The notes under the pieces are model-generated. The model did no database searches. It saw nothing but the letters and a program-made list of their open reading frames with translations, and was not told the DNA's origin. DNA of 20,000 bases. It comes from an uncultured virus (IMG/VR IMGVR_UViG_3300001784_000008). Taxonomy: Duplodnaviria > Heunggongvirae > Uroviricota > Caudoviricetes. The translations under genes were made by a program, and so were the position numbers. The stretch lies in IMG/VR virus record IMGVR_UViG_3300001784_000008; one strand, 5' to 3'. Positions 1 to 7,395 of this stretch are shown piece by piece (position 1 is the first letter of the stretch; every line of letters starts with the position of its first letter).

Positions 1-936
1 GTGCCGAATGATGAACTTTTTGGTGTTATTTACACTGTTGATGACGGTGATGACTGGACTGATCCTGCAGTTCTTCACAAGGCAAACCCCAATATGGGGG
101 TATCTGTATATGCTGATTTCCTTTTGAGCCAGCAAAACAGGGCTAAAAATAATCCCAGAATGGCCGGTATATTCAAAACGAAACACCTGAATATCTGGGT
201 TGCTGCACGCGCTGCTTATTTCAACCTATTAAGCTGGCGAAACTGTGAAGATCAGACACTCACTATTGAGCAGTTTGAAGGTCAGCCCTGTATTCTGTCT
301 TTCGACCTAGCTCGCAAGCTGGATATGAACTCTAAGGTTAGGTTATTTACCCGAGAAATAGAAGGTAAGCGGCATTATTACTGTATATCTCCACGGTTTT
401 ATGTCCCTTATGACACAGTTTACAGCAATGATGTTGATGATCATCGTACTGCTGAACGATATCGTAAATGGGTGGATGCCGGGTATATCACCGTCACCGA
501 AGGCGCGGAGATCGATTACCGCGTAATACTGGAAGATGCCAAGCGTGACAATCAGCAAACGCCTGTTGAACAGAGTCCGATTGACCCACATGGCGCAACA
601 AATCTTTCTCATCAACTTGCTGACGAACAGCTTAATCCGATAACCATTATTCAGAACTACACCAACATGTCAGACCCGATGAAAGAGCTTGAGGCTGCTG
701 TAGAGTCAGGGCGATTCCATCATGATGGTAATCCGATAATGACCTGGTGTATTTCAAACGTGGTTGGTAAGCACCTGCCGGGGAATGATGATGTTGTTCG
801 GCCGATTAAAGAGCAGAACGAAAATAAAATTGATGGGGCTGTTGCGCTAATTATGGCAATTGGACGAGCAATGTTATTTGAAAAGGAAGACACCCTTTCA
901 AATCATCTCGAAAGCTACGGTGTGCGCTCACTGTAA
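1..936 (+). CDS. terL: Terminase large subunit, C-terminal part (gene starts upstream of the window)
   Basis: ORF open from base 1 with motifs typical of HK97-type TerL nuclease domains ([41 protein letters not shown]); lies directly before the portal. Confidence 0.93.
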   Translation: MPNDELFGVIYTVDDGDDWTDPAVLHKANPNMGVSVYADFLLSQQNRAKNNPRMAGIFKTKHLNIWVAARAAYFNLLSWRNCEDQTLTIEQFEGQPCILSFDLARKLDMNSKVRLFTREIEGKRHYYCISPRFYVPYDTVYSNDVDDHRTAERYRKWVDAGYITVTEGAEIDYRVILEDAKRDNQQTPVEQSPIDPHGATNLSHQLADEQLNPITIIQNYTNMSDPMKELEAAVESGRFHHDGNPIMTWCISNVVGKHLPGNDDVVRPIKEQNENKIDGAVALIMAIGRAMLFEKEDTLSNHLESYGVRSL

Positions 937-945
937 GAGGCAATT

Positions 946-1131
946 ATGATCCTGATGATACTCGCACCACTCGTTGGTGTGCTGGGGGCTATTTTGCTCT
1001 CGTTCGGTGCCTGGGTAATTTACCATCCTGCAGGCTATATCACTGGCGGAATTCTGTGTCTGCTCTGGTCATGGCTGGTATCTCACTCTCTTTCCGGTAA
1101 CCGGAAAACTGAGCCAGGGGGAACTGACTGA
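946..1131 (+). CDS. Small hypothetical membrane protein (two hydrophobic segments)
   Basis: 61 aa, GAGG RBS upstream, two hydrophobic stretches; its TGA stop overlaps the portal ATG (TGATG). Confidence 0.7.
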   Translation: MILMILAPLVGVLGAILLSFGAWVIYHPAGYITGGILCLLWSWLVSHSLSGNRKTEPGGTD

Positions 1132-2360
1132 TGTTTTTCCCTGGAATGTTTACGAAAAGTACCGCATCCGTTACTACGCCAGCAGAACTTGCAGAAGCCG
1201 TTGGGATGACTTACGACACCTACACAGGTAAACGCGTCAGTAGCCAGAAAGCCATGCGGCTTACAGCAGTGTTTGGTTGCATCCGGGTTCTGGCTGAGTC
1301 GATGGGCATGCTTCCCTGTAACCTTTACAAGGTCACCGGGAACAGTAAGCAAAAAGCGACTTCTGAGAGGCTGCACAAATTACTGACGATGAAGCCAAAT
1401 GACTACATGACCCCCCAGGAGTTCTGGGAACTGGTCGTTGTCTGCCTTTGCCTTCGCGGTAATTTTTACGCCTATAAGGTAAAGGCGCTTGGTGAGGTAG
1501 TTGAACTTCTTCCGATTGATCCTGGGTGCGTTGAACCGAAGCTTAACAGTCAGTGGCAACCTGTATACCAGGTGACGTTTCCTGATGGTTCGACAGATGT
1601 ACTGGGGCAGGATGATATCTGGCACGTCAGGACACTGACCTTTGACGGGCTGGTAGGCCTGAACCCAATTGCATACGCAAGAGAAGCAATCTCTCTGGGA
1701 ATGGCAACGGAGGAGCACGGTGCACGGTTATTCTCAAACGGAGCCGTTACCTCTGGTGTTTTGCGCACGGAACAAACGCTGACAGATGCAGCGTATGCAA
1801 GGCTGAAGAAAGATTTTGAGGATCGCCATCTTGGGCTAAGTAATGCTCACCGCCCGATGATTCTTGAAATGGGGCTCGACTGGAAGTCGATGGCGCTCAA
1901 TTCGGAAGATAGCCAGTTTCTTGAGACCAGAAAATTTCAGTTGGAGGAGATCTGCCGTTTATTCAGGGTACCGATGCATATGGTGCAGAACACCGATCGC
2001 GCCACCTTCAGCAATATAGAAAACCTGGGCATTGGGTTTATCAACTATTCCCTCGTGCCGTACATGACCCGCATTGAGCAGCGAATCAACATAGGTCTGG
2101 TGAAAGATTCAAAGCAGGGTACCTATTATGCAAAATTTAATGCAGGTGCTCTGCTGCGTGGCGATATGAAGTCACGATTTGAGTCATATGCCACGGGAAT
2201 TAACTGGGGCATCTACTCACCAAATGATTGCCGAGAACTGGAAGAACTCAACCCACGCTCTGGCGGTGATGTTTACCTTACTCCGATGAACATGACAACG
2301 AAGCCGTCGGACAACAGCAAGAACAAAACAACCGAGGAAATATATGATGCCGATGACTAA
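1131..2360 (+). CDS. Portal protein, HK97 family
   Basis: 409 aa; motifs AVFGCIRVLAES, PNDYMT..EF, LRGNFY, GLNPI, QFLETRKF..EEICRLFRVP; position after terL. Confidence 0.95.
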   Translation: MFFPGMFTKSTASVTTPAELAEAVGMTYDTYTGKRVSSQKAMRLTAVFGCIRVLAESMGMLPCNLYKVTGNSKQKATSERLHKLLTMKPNDYMTPQEFWELVVVCLCLRGNFYAYKVKALGEVVELLPIDPGCVEPKLNSQWQPVYQVTFPDGSTDVLGQDDIWHVRTLTFDGLVGLNPIAYAREAISLGMATEEHGARLFSNGAVTSGVLRTEQTLTDAAYARLKKDFEDRHLGLSNAHRPMILEMGLDWKSMALNSEDSQFLETRKFQLEEICRLFRVPMHMVQNTDRATFSNIENLGIGFINYSLVPYMTRIEQRINIGLVKDSKQGTYYAKFNAGALLRGDMKSRFESYATGINWGIYSPNDCRELEELNPRSGGDVYLTPMNMTTKPSDNSKNKTTEEIYDADD

Positions 2361-3000
2361 ACAGCGGCTGGATATTCCGCTGAAGCTTAAGTCTGTCAGT
2401 GACAGCGGGGAGTTTGAAGGCTATGGCTCAGTTTTTGGTGTCAAGGACAGCTTCGACGATGTGGTTGTTCCCGGCGCATTCAGTAAATCACTTCAGTCAT
2501 GGCAGGAAAAAAACTCGCTTCCGGCCATGCTCTGGCAGCATCAGATGGATGAACCCATCGGGGTGTATACCGAAATGAAAGAGGATGAGGTCGGCTTATA
2601 TGTCAAAGGCCGATTGTTGATTGACGACGATCCTCTCGCAAAGCGAGCACATGCCCACATGAAGGCCGGTTCTTTAACCGGCCTTTCTATTGGCTACATG
2701 CTGAAAGACTGGGAATACGACAGAACGAAAGAAGTTTTTCTTCTTAAGGAGATCGACCTCTGGGAAGTCAGTCCGGTGACATTCCCGTCCAATGATGAAG
2801 CGCGTATCAGTGATGTTAAAAGCGCTGTTGCTCGTGGTGAAACACCGTCACAGAAATGTATTGAACGAGTCCTGCGCGATGTTGGGCTCTCACGCACCCA
2901 GGCCAAAGCATTCATGGCCGGGGGCTATGGCTCACTATCCCAGCGTGATGCTGGTGACGTGGTGAGCGCACTGGATGCACTGAAAAACATCAAATTTTAA
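2344..3000 (+). CDS. Prohead maturation protease, HK97 family
   Basis: FEGYGSVF, MLWQH, GLSIGY and EVSPVTFPSN motifs; between portal and capsid. Start could be 2344, 2347 or 2353. Confidence 0.93.
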   Translation: MMPMTKQRLDIPLKLKSVSDSGEFEGYGSVFGVKDSFDDVVVPGAFSKSLQSWQEKNSLPAMLWQHQMDEPIGVYTEMKEDEVGLYVKGRLLIDDDPLAKRAHAHMKAGSLTGLSIGYMLKDWEYDRTKEVFLLKEIDLWEVSPVTFPSNDEARISDVKSAVARGETPSQKCIERVLRDVGLSRTQAKAFMAGGYGSLSQRDAGDVVSALDALKNIKF

Positions 3001-3014
3001 TCAGGAGTTGAATT

Positions 3015-4223
3015 ATGACAGTCGAAATTAAAGACGTTGAGCAGGTCGCGCAGGATTTGCAGCAAAAATTCGATGATTTTAAAGCGAAAAATGATAAGCG
3101 CATTGACGCTATCGAATCTGAAAAAGGCAAGCTGGCCGGAGAAGTTGAAACACTTAACGGCAAGCTGACCGAGCTTGATCAGCTTAAAACCGCGCTGGAA
3201 GATGAGCTTAAACAGCTTAAACGTCCCGCTGGTGGCACTCAAAGCAAGGCCGCAAGCGAGCACAAAACCGCTTTCATCGACTTTATGCGCAAGGGTAAGG
3301 ATGATGGACTTCGCGACCTGGAACGTAAAGCCTTGCAGGTAGGTGTTGATGAAGACGGCGGTTTCGCTGTTCCGGAAGAGCTTGACCGCGCCATTCTTGA
3401 TCTTCTGAAAGACGAAGTGGTTATGCGCCAGGAAGCGACGACTATCACAGTCGGCGGCGCAAACTATAAAAAACTGGTTAACCTCGGTGGGTCCGCTTCA
3501 GGTTGGGTAGGTGAAACTGATGCGCGCCCTGCGACTAATGCCTCCAAACTCGGTCAGATTGAGCCTTTTATGGGGGAAATCTACGGCAACCCGCAAGCCA
3601 CTCAAACGATGCTGGATGACGCATTCTTCAATGTTGAAGACTGGATCAACAGCGAACTGGCGATTGAGTTTGCAGAGCAGGAAGAGATCGCCTTCACCAG
3701 CGGTAACGGGAACAAGAAACCAAAAGGTTTTCTGGCCTATGCATCATCACTGGATGATGATAAAACCCGCGCGTTCGGCACTCTTCAGCACATTCTCTCA
3801 GGCGCTACCGCTGGTTTGACTGCTGATGCGATCATCAAGCTGGTTTACACCCTGCGAAAAGTACACCGTAACGGCGCTAAGTTCATGATGAACAACAGCA
3901 GTCTGTTCGCTGCTCGAATCCTGAAAGATTCTGAAGGCAACTATCTGTGGCGTCCAGGTCTTGAGCTTGGTCAGCCTTCGACTCTGGTCGGGTATGGCGT
4001 GGCTGAGAACGAACAAATGCCTGACATTGCGGCCGATGCTAAAGCAATTGCATTCGGTAACTTCAAACGTGGTTATACCATTGTTGATCGTATTGGCACG
4101 CGCATTCTCCGCGACCCGTACACCAATAAGCCATTTGTCGGCTTTTACACTACCAAGCGCACTGGTGGGATGCTGGCTGATTCCCAGGCGATTAAATTGC
4201 TCCAGATTGGTTCCGGAGCTTAA
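3015..4223 (+). CDS. Major capsid protein, HK97 fold, with N-terminal coiled-coil delta domain
   Basis: 402 aa; AGGAG RBS; about 100-aa coiled-coil N-terminus, then DGGFAVPEE, WVGE, LKDSEGNYLW and FGNFKRGY motifs. Confidence 0.95.
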   Translation: MTVEIKDVEQVAQDLQQKFDDFKAKNDKRIDAIESEKGKLAGEVETLNGKLTELDQLKTALEDELKQLKRPAGGTQSKAASEHKTAFIDFMRKGKDDGLRDLERKALQVGVDEDGGFAVPEELDRAILDLLKDEVVMRQEATTITVGGANYKKLVNLGGSASGWVGETDARPATNASKLGQIEPFMGEIYGNPQATQTMLDDAFFNVEDWINSELAIEFAEQEEIAFTSGNGNKKPKGFLAYASSLDDDKTRAFGTLQHILSGATAGLTADAIIKLVYTLRKVHRNGAKFMMNNSSLFAARILKDSEGNYLWRPGLELGQPSTLVGYGVAENEQMPDIAADAKAIAFGNFKRGYTIVDRIGTRILRDPYTNKPFVGFYTTKRTGGMLADSQAIKLLQIGSGA

Positions 4224-4231
4224 TTAATCAC

Positions 4232-4253
4232 GGGGGCGACAGCCCCCATTTTT
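4232..4253 (+). terminator. Putative intrinsic terminator after the capsid gene
   Basis: GGGGGC-GACA-GCCCCC stem followed by ATTTTT. Confidence 0.6.
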
Positions 4254-4266
4254 ACAGGATTAAGTT

Positions 4267-4605
4267 ATGTTAATACTTAAAAAGAATGTGAAGTGGTCCC
4301 CTGATGGCTGTCGCGTGGAAGTTGTTGCTGCTGGTTCTTATCAGGATGGCGAGTTGCCAGATCGCTTTTTAGTTATTGCGGAAGAGCTGGGCGTCATTGA
4401 TACAGTTGAAGGTGGTGAAAAAAAACCTGATGCTGATCAGCAGCCAGAGCCAGCCAGAGCAGCCAGAGCAGCCAGAGCAGCCAGAGCAGCCAGAGCAGCC
4501 AGAGCAGCCAGAGCAGGCCAGAGCAGCAGAGCAGCCAGAGCAGCCAGAGCAGCCAGAGCAGCCAGAGCAGCCAGAGCAGCCAGCTCCACAGAAATCAAAA
4601 AATAA
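4267..4605 (+). CDS. Hypothetical protein with low-complexity repeat C-terminus (probably (QPE)n; reads (ARA)n here after a +1 indel)
   Basis: AGGA RBS and ATG at 4267; the repeat starts in frame as CAG CCA GAG (QPE) at 4441 and an extra C at about 4450 shifts the frame. Confidence 0.65.
   Translation: MLILKKNVKWSPDGCRVEVVAAGSYQDGELPDRFLVIAEELGVIDTVEGGEKKPDADQQPEPARAARAARAARAARAARAARAGQSSRAARAARAARAARAARAASSTEIKK
4441..4585 (+). repeat. 9-bp tandem repeat CAGCCAGAG, about 16 units, with three single-base indels
   Basis: Read directly: extra C at about 4450, one CAGGCCAGAG unit (4514-4523), one CAGCAGAG unit (4524-4531), final unit CAGCCAGCT. Confidence 0.97.
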
Positions 4606-4627
4606 ACCCGCTGTTAGCGGGTTTTTT
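4604..4627 (+). terminator. Intrinsic terminator
   Basis: AAACCCGCT-GTT-AGCGGGTTT with a T run. Confidence 0.7.
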
Positions 4628-4641
4628 GTATGGAGCAAAGC

Positions 4642-4962
4642 ATGTTTTCCAACTGTTCCAGAACTCAGGCTTCAGTGTCGAATTGATAGCGATGATTCGA
4701 CTGAAGATCAGATGCTATCCCTTTACCTCAAAGCCTCAGGGAAGCATTCCGAAATCATTGTTAATCGCCGCCTCTATGAGAATGAAGTGCCCGCAGAAGA
4801 CCCTGATTGGTTTGCTGGTAACTGATGATATTGGCTTTAATGCTTCTGGTTTCGCATTGGTATGAAAACCGTGAGCCAGTAAATATCGGGAATATCACAA
4901 CCACATTGCCATTCGGGATTGAGGCAATTCTCAAGCCATACCGGATAAGGCCTGGTACGTAG
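4642..4962 (+). pseudogene. Head-tail connector (HK97 gp6 / SPP1 gp15-like), frameshifted in this sequence
   Basis: GGAG RBS and ATG at 4642. Joining frames gives MFPTVPELRLQCRID..EDQMLSLYLKAS...DPDGLLVTDDI..ALMLLVSHWYENRE...LPFGIEAILKPYR, the gp6 family signature. This needs indels at about 4645, 4808 and 4831; stop TAG at 4960-4962. Confidence 0.8.
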
Positions 4963-4970
4963 GAGGGGAT

Positions 4971-5309
4971 ATGCAGGCTGGAAGACTACGGCATCTCATT
5001 ACCATCCAGAACTTCACGACAACGCGGGATTCTTCCGGGCAACCGGTAGAGGAATGGGTAGACGGAGCGGACTCCCGAGCCGAAGTTAAAGGTATAAGTG
5101 GGCGTGAGCTGGTGGCTGCTGGTGCTGAAACAGCGGAGGCGACGGTGCGGGTCTGGATGCGGTATCGCCGTGATGTATCGGCAGCATCCCGCATTCTGGT
5201 GAAGACGGGACCGTTTAAAGGGTTAACCCTGAATGTAGTTGGGCCACCGATACCTGATGCTAAAGGTGTTCTGCTTGAGGTTCTCTGTAAGTTGGGGGTG
5301 GAAAAGTGA
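4971..5309 (+). CDS. Head-closure / head-tail adaptor protein (SPP1 gp16-like)
   Basis: MQAGRLRHLITIQ start, GRELVAAGAE and VRVWMRYR motifs; synteny. Confidence 0.88.
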   Translation: MQAGRLRHLITIQNFTTTRDSSGQPVEEWVDGADSRAEVKGISGRELVAAGAETAEATVRVWMRYRRDVSAASRILVKTGPFKGLTLNVVGPPIPDAKGVLLEVLCKLGVEK

Positions 5310-5755
5310 TCGGCATTAATCTCGATTTTTCCGGTCTTAATGAGATAGCCAAAGACCTGGAGGCTCTTAGCCGAGCAGAAAATAATAAAGTCCTTCGTGA
5401 TGCAACCAGAGCTGGTGCAGAAGTACTGAAGGAAGAGGTGATCGCCAGAGCGCCGGTACGCACAGGTAAACTGAAAAAAAATGTGGTTGTGGTTACCCAG
5501 AAGAGCCGACGACGAGGCGATATTTCTTCTGGCGTTCACATTCGTGGTGTTAATCCCAATACGGGTAACAGCGACAATACAATGAAGGCCAACAACCCGC
5601 GCAATGCCTTTTACTGGCGTTTTGTGGAGATGGGCACTGCAAACATGCCACCACATCCTTTTATCAGACCTGCCTTTGATGTTCGGCAGGAGCAAGCAAC
5701 GGAAGTGGCTATGAAGCGAATGAATCAGGCTATTGATGAGGCATTAAGCAAATGA
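5306..5755 (+). CDS. HK97 gp10-like putative tail component
   Basis: APVRTGKLKKN and FYWRFVEMGTANMPPHPFIRPAFD motifs; GTG start overlaps the upstream stop. Confidence 0.88.
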   Translation: MIGINLDFSGLNEIAKDLEALSRAENNKVLRDATRAGAEVLKEEVIARAPVRTGKLKKNVVVVTQKSRRRGDISSGVHIRGVNPNTGNSDNTMKANNPRNAFYWRFVEMGTANMPPHPFIRPAFDVRQEQATEVAMKRMNQAIDEALSK

Positions 5756-6099
5756 CGGAAGATGATCTCTATCCATTACTTGCAACGCTTGCTGGTGGGC
5801 AGGTTTATCCCTATGTCGCGCCGCTCGGCAAAGACGGTAAGCCGTCAATTTCACCACCCTGGGTTATTTTTTCCATTATCTCTGATGTTTCTGCTGACGT
5901 TCTGTGTGGTCAGGCAGAATCAGGTATCTCTGTTCAGGTTGACGTGTACTCCAGCAAGGTGAAGGAAGCACGAGAAATACGGGATATGGCGCTTGAGGCC
6001 ATTAAGATTCTTAAGCCAGAAAGTGTAATCAGAACGCCTGGATATGAGCCGGAGCTTCGCTACCACCGGGCAACACTGGAATTTCAGGTTACCGTTTAA
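5752..6099 (+). CDS. Tail terminator / completion protein (DUF3168-like)
   Basis: 115 aa; VYPYVAP, PWVIFS and VQVDVYS motifs; lies before the tail tube gene. Confidence 0.82.
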   Translation: MTEDDLYPLLATLAGGQVYPYVAPLGKDGKPSISPPWVIFSIISDVSADVLCGQAESGISVQVDVYSSKVKEAREIRDMALEAIKILKPESVIRTPGYEPELRYHRATLEFQVTV

Positions 6100-6115
6100 T
6101 CCCACCACCAACATC

Positions 6116-6139
6116 AGGCCGCTTATGCGGTCTTTTTTT
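6116..6139 (+). terminator. Intrinsic terminator before the tail tube gene
   Basis: AGGCCGC-TTAT-GCGGTCT stem followed by a T run. Confidence 0.65.
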
Positions 6140-6152
6140 ATCTGGAGAAATC

Positions 6153-6623
6153 ATGACCAGTAAGTATGAAGTCACTAAGGGGATGACATTTGCCGTCTCC
6201 GCCGCGCCAGTCTCTGCCGAAGATTTCAATTCCGCTACTTTCCCGGCAGCCGGTGTTACATGGCTGGAAGCAGCTTGTGCAACGAAGGAAATCACCTATA
6301 CCGGTGGTCAGAAAGGCGATATCGACGTTACCACACTGTGCTCGCTTGAGCAGGAGCAAACCAACGGACTTGCCGCCCCTGCTGAAATGAGCATTAATCG
6401 TAACTGGGTTGGTGATGAAGAGGCGCAGGAAGCACTTCAGACCGCTTATGAAAATGACGAACTTCGGGCCCTTCGTGTCAAGTTCCCATCAGGCAACGGT
6501 TTTTATGTGCTGGTAGAAGTTCGCCAGAGCTCATGGTCGGCTTCAACTTCTTCAGTTGTCGGTGCTACCTATTCGCTGAGGGTCCGTGGCAAACCAAAAC
6601 GTATTTCTGCGTCTGGCTCCTGA
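6153..6623 (+). CDS. Major tail (tube) protein
   Basis: 156 aa; GGQKGDIDVTTLCS.EQE..NGL motif of HK97/HK022-like tail tubes; GGAG RBS; synteny. Confidence 0.88.
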   Translation: MTSKYEVTKGMTFAVSAAPVSAEDFNSATFPAAGVTWLEAACATKEITYTGGQKGDIDVTTLCSLEQEQTNGLAAPAEMSINRNWVGDEEAQEALQTAYENDELRALRVKFPSGNGFYVLVEVRQSSWSASTSSVVGATYSLRVRGKPKRISASGS

Positions 6624-6643
6624 GCGGCTTCGGCCGCTTTTTT
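6623..6643 (+). terminator. Intrinsic terminator with UUCG tetraloop
   Basis: AGCGGC-TTCG-GCCGCT followed by a T run. Confidence 0.75.
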
Positions 6644-6672
6644 ATTTCCCCCAGTAATAAGAGAAGATTGAA

Positions 6673-7074
6673 ATGGATCAAAGGACATCACTGAACTCAC
6701 TCCGCAACATGGCGCTTACTGCATCGAAAGCCTACAGAACAAAACCTGGCGTTTCGGTTCCCGAATGGGATGGTGTGAAAGTCACACTACGCGAACCATC
6801 TGGCGATGCCTGGGTAAAATTTCGGGAAATCGTGAACCCTCAGATCCCCGAAGGGGAAGAACCACCTCAACTGACCGAATCGCAGAAGTTTTTGCGAAAC
6901 AAAGAAGCTGATGTCGTCCTGTTTATTGACGTTCTATTAGATGAGAACGGAGAGCGGGTTTTCACTGACGACGATCTGGAACAGGTTTCTAAAATTTACG
7001 GGCCAGTTCATACACGCCTGCTTGGCCAGGCGCTCGGGCTTGGGATGAGCCAGGAAGAAGCGGGAAAGCCGTAA
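6673..7074 (+). CDS. Tail assembly chaperone (lambda gpG equivalent)
   Basis: VPEWDGVKVTLREPS motif; between tail tube and tape measure; ends at a slippery site. Confidence 0.88.
   Translation: MDQRTSLNSLRNMALTASKAYRTKPGVSVPEWDGVKVTLREPSGDAWVKFREIVNPQIPEGEEPPQLTESQKFLRNKEADVVLFIDVLLDENGERVFTDDDLEQVSKIYGPVHTRLLGQALGLGMSQEEAGKP
7062..7068 (+). other. Programmed -1 frameshift site GGGAAAG
   Basis: GCG GGA AAG CCG TAA; same heptamer as lambda G-T; the -1 frame is open and continuous with the 7098-7361 ORF. Confidence 0.88.
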
Positions 7075-7361
7075 AGCAGCCGCTGACCTTCTTCCTGATG
7101 TCGCTTGCGCTCCGGNTGGGGCGCACGCTTCATGAGCTGCGCCAGACCATTACAGCCAGCGAACTCAAAATGTGGATAGAGTTTGACCGCATCAGCCCTA
7201 TTGGCGACTGGAGAACGGATATCCAGGCGGCGCAAATATCCGTTGCGATGCTTAATTCTCAGGGTGGGAAATTCACTATTCCTGACGTGATGCTGAAGTG
7301 GGGAGAGCAGGAGGAAGGCTCTGAAGTTTCTGAGCTTGAAGAATGGATTTCCAGTCTTTGA
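7068..7361 (+). CDS. Tail assembly chaperone gpT part (C-terminus of the G-T fusion 6673..7361)
   Basis: The -1 frame reads AVKQPLTFFLMSLALRxGRTLHEL...W.EFDRISPIGD.R.D; one ambiguous base (n) at 7116. Confidence 0.82.
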   Translation, partial: AVKQPLTFFLMSLALRXGRTLHELRQTITASELKMWIEFDRISPIGDWRTDIQAAQISVAMLNSQGGKFTIPDVMLKWGEQEEGSEVSELEEWISSL

Positions 7362-7362
7362 C

Positions 7363-7384
7363 GCCCGCGGCTGCGGGCTTTTTT
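7363..7384 (+). terminator. Intrinsic terminator before the tape measure gene
   Basis: GCCCGC-GGCT-GCGGGC followed by T6. Confidence 0.7.
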
Positions 7385-7395
7385 ATGGGTGAAAT

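Noticed and set aside
4441..4585. CRISPR array
   Set aside because: Contiguous 9-bp units with no spacers and no cas genes; it is a coding tandem repeat.
4369..4638. Minus-strand Cys-rich (CSG)n ORF resembling a metallothionein
   Set aside because: It is the antisense reading of the CAGCCAGAG repeat; no independent evidence of expression.
4376..4825. 149-aa ORF fusing (PEQ)n to a connector-like sequence
   Set aside because: Product of indels: it runs through a terminator and joins parts of two separate genes.
4931..5695. 254-aa minus-strand ORF
   Set aside because: Shadow of two well-supported + strand neck genes; no recognisable motifs.
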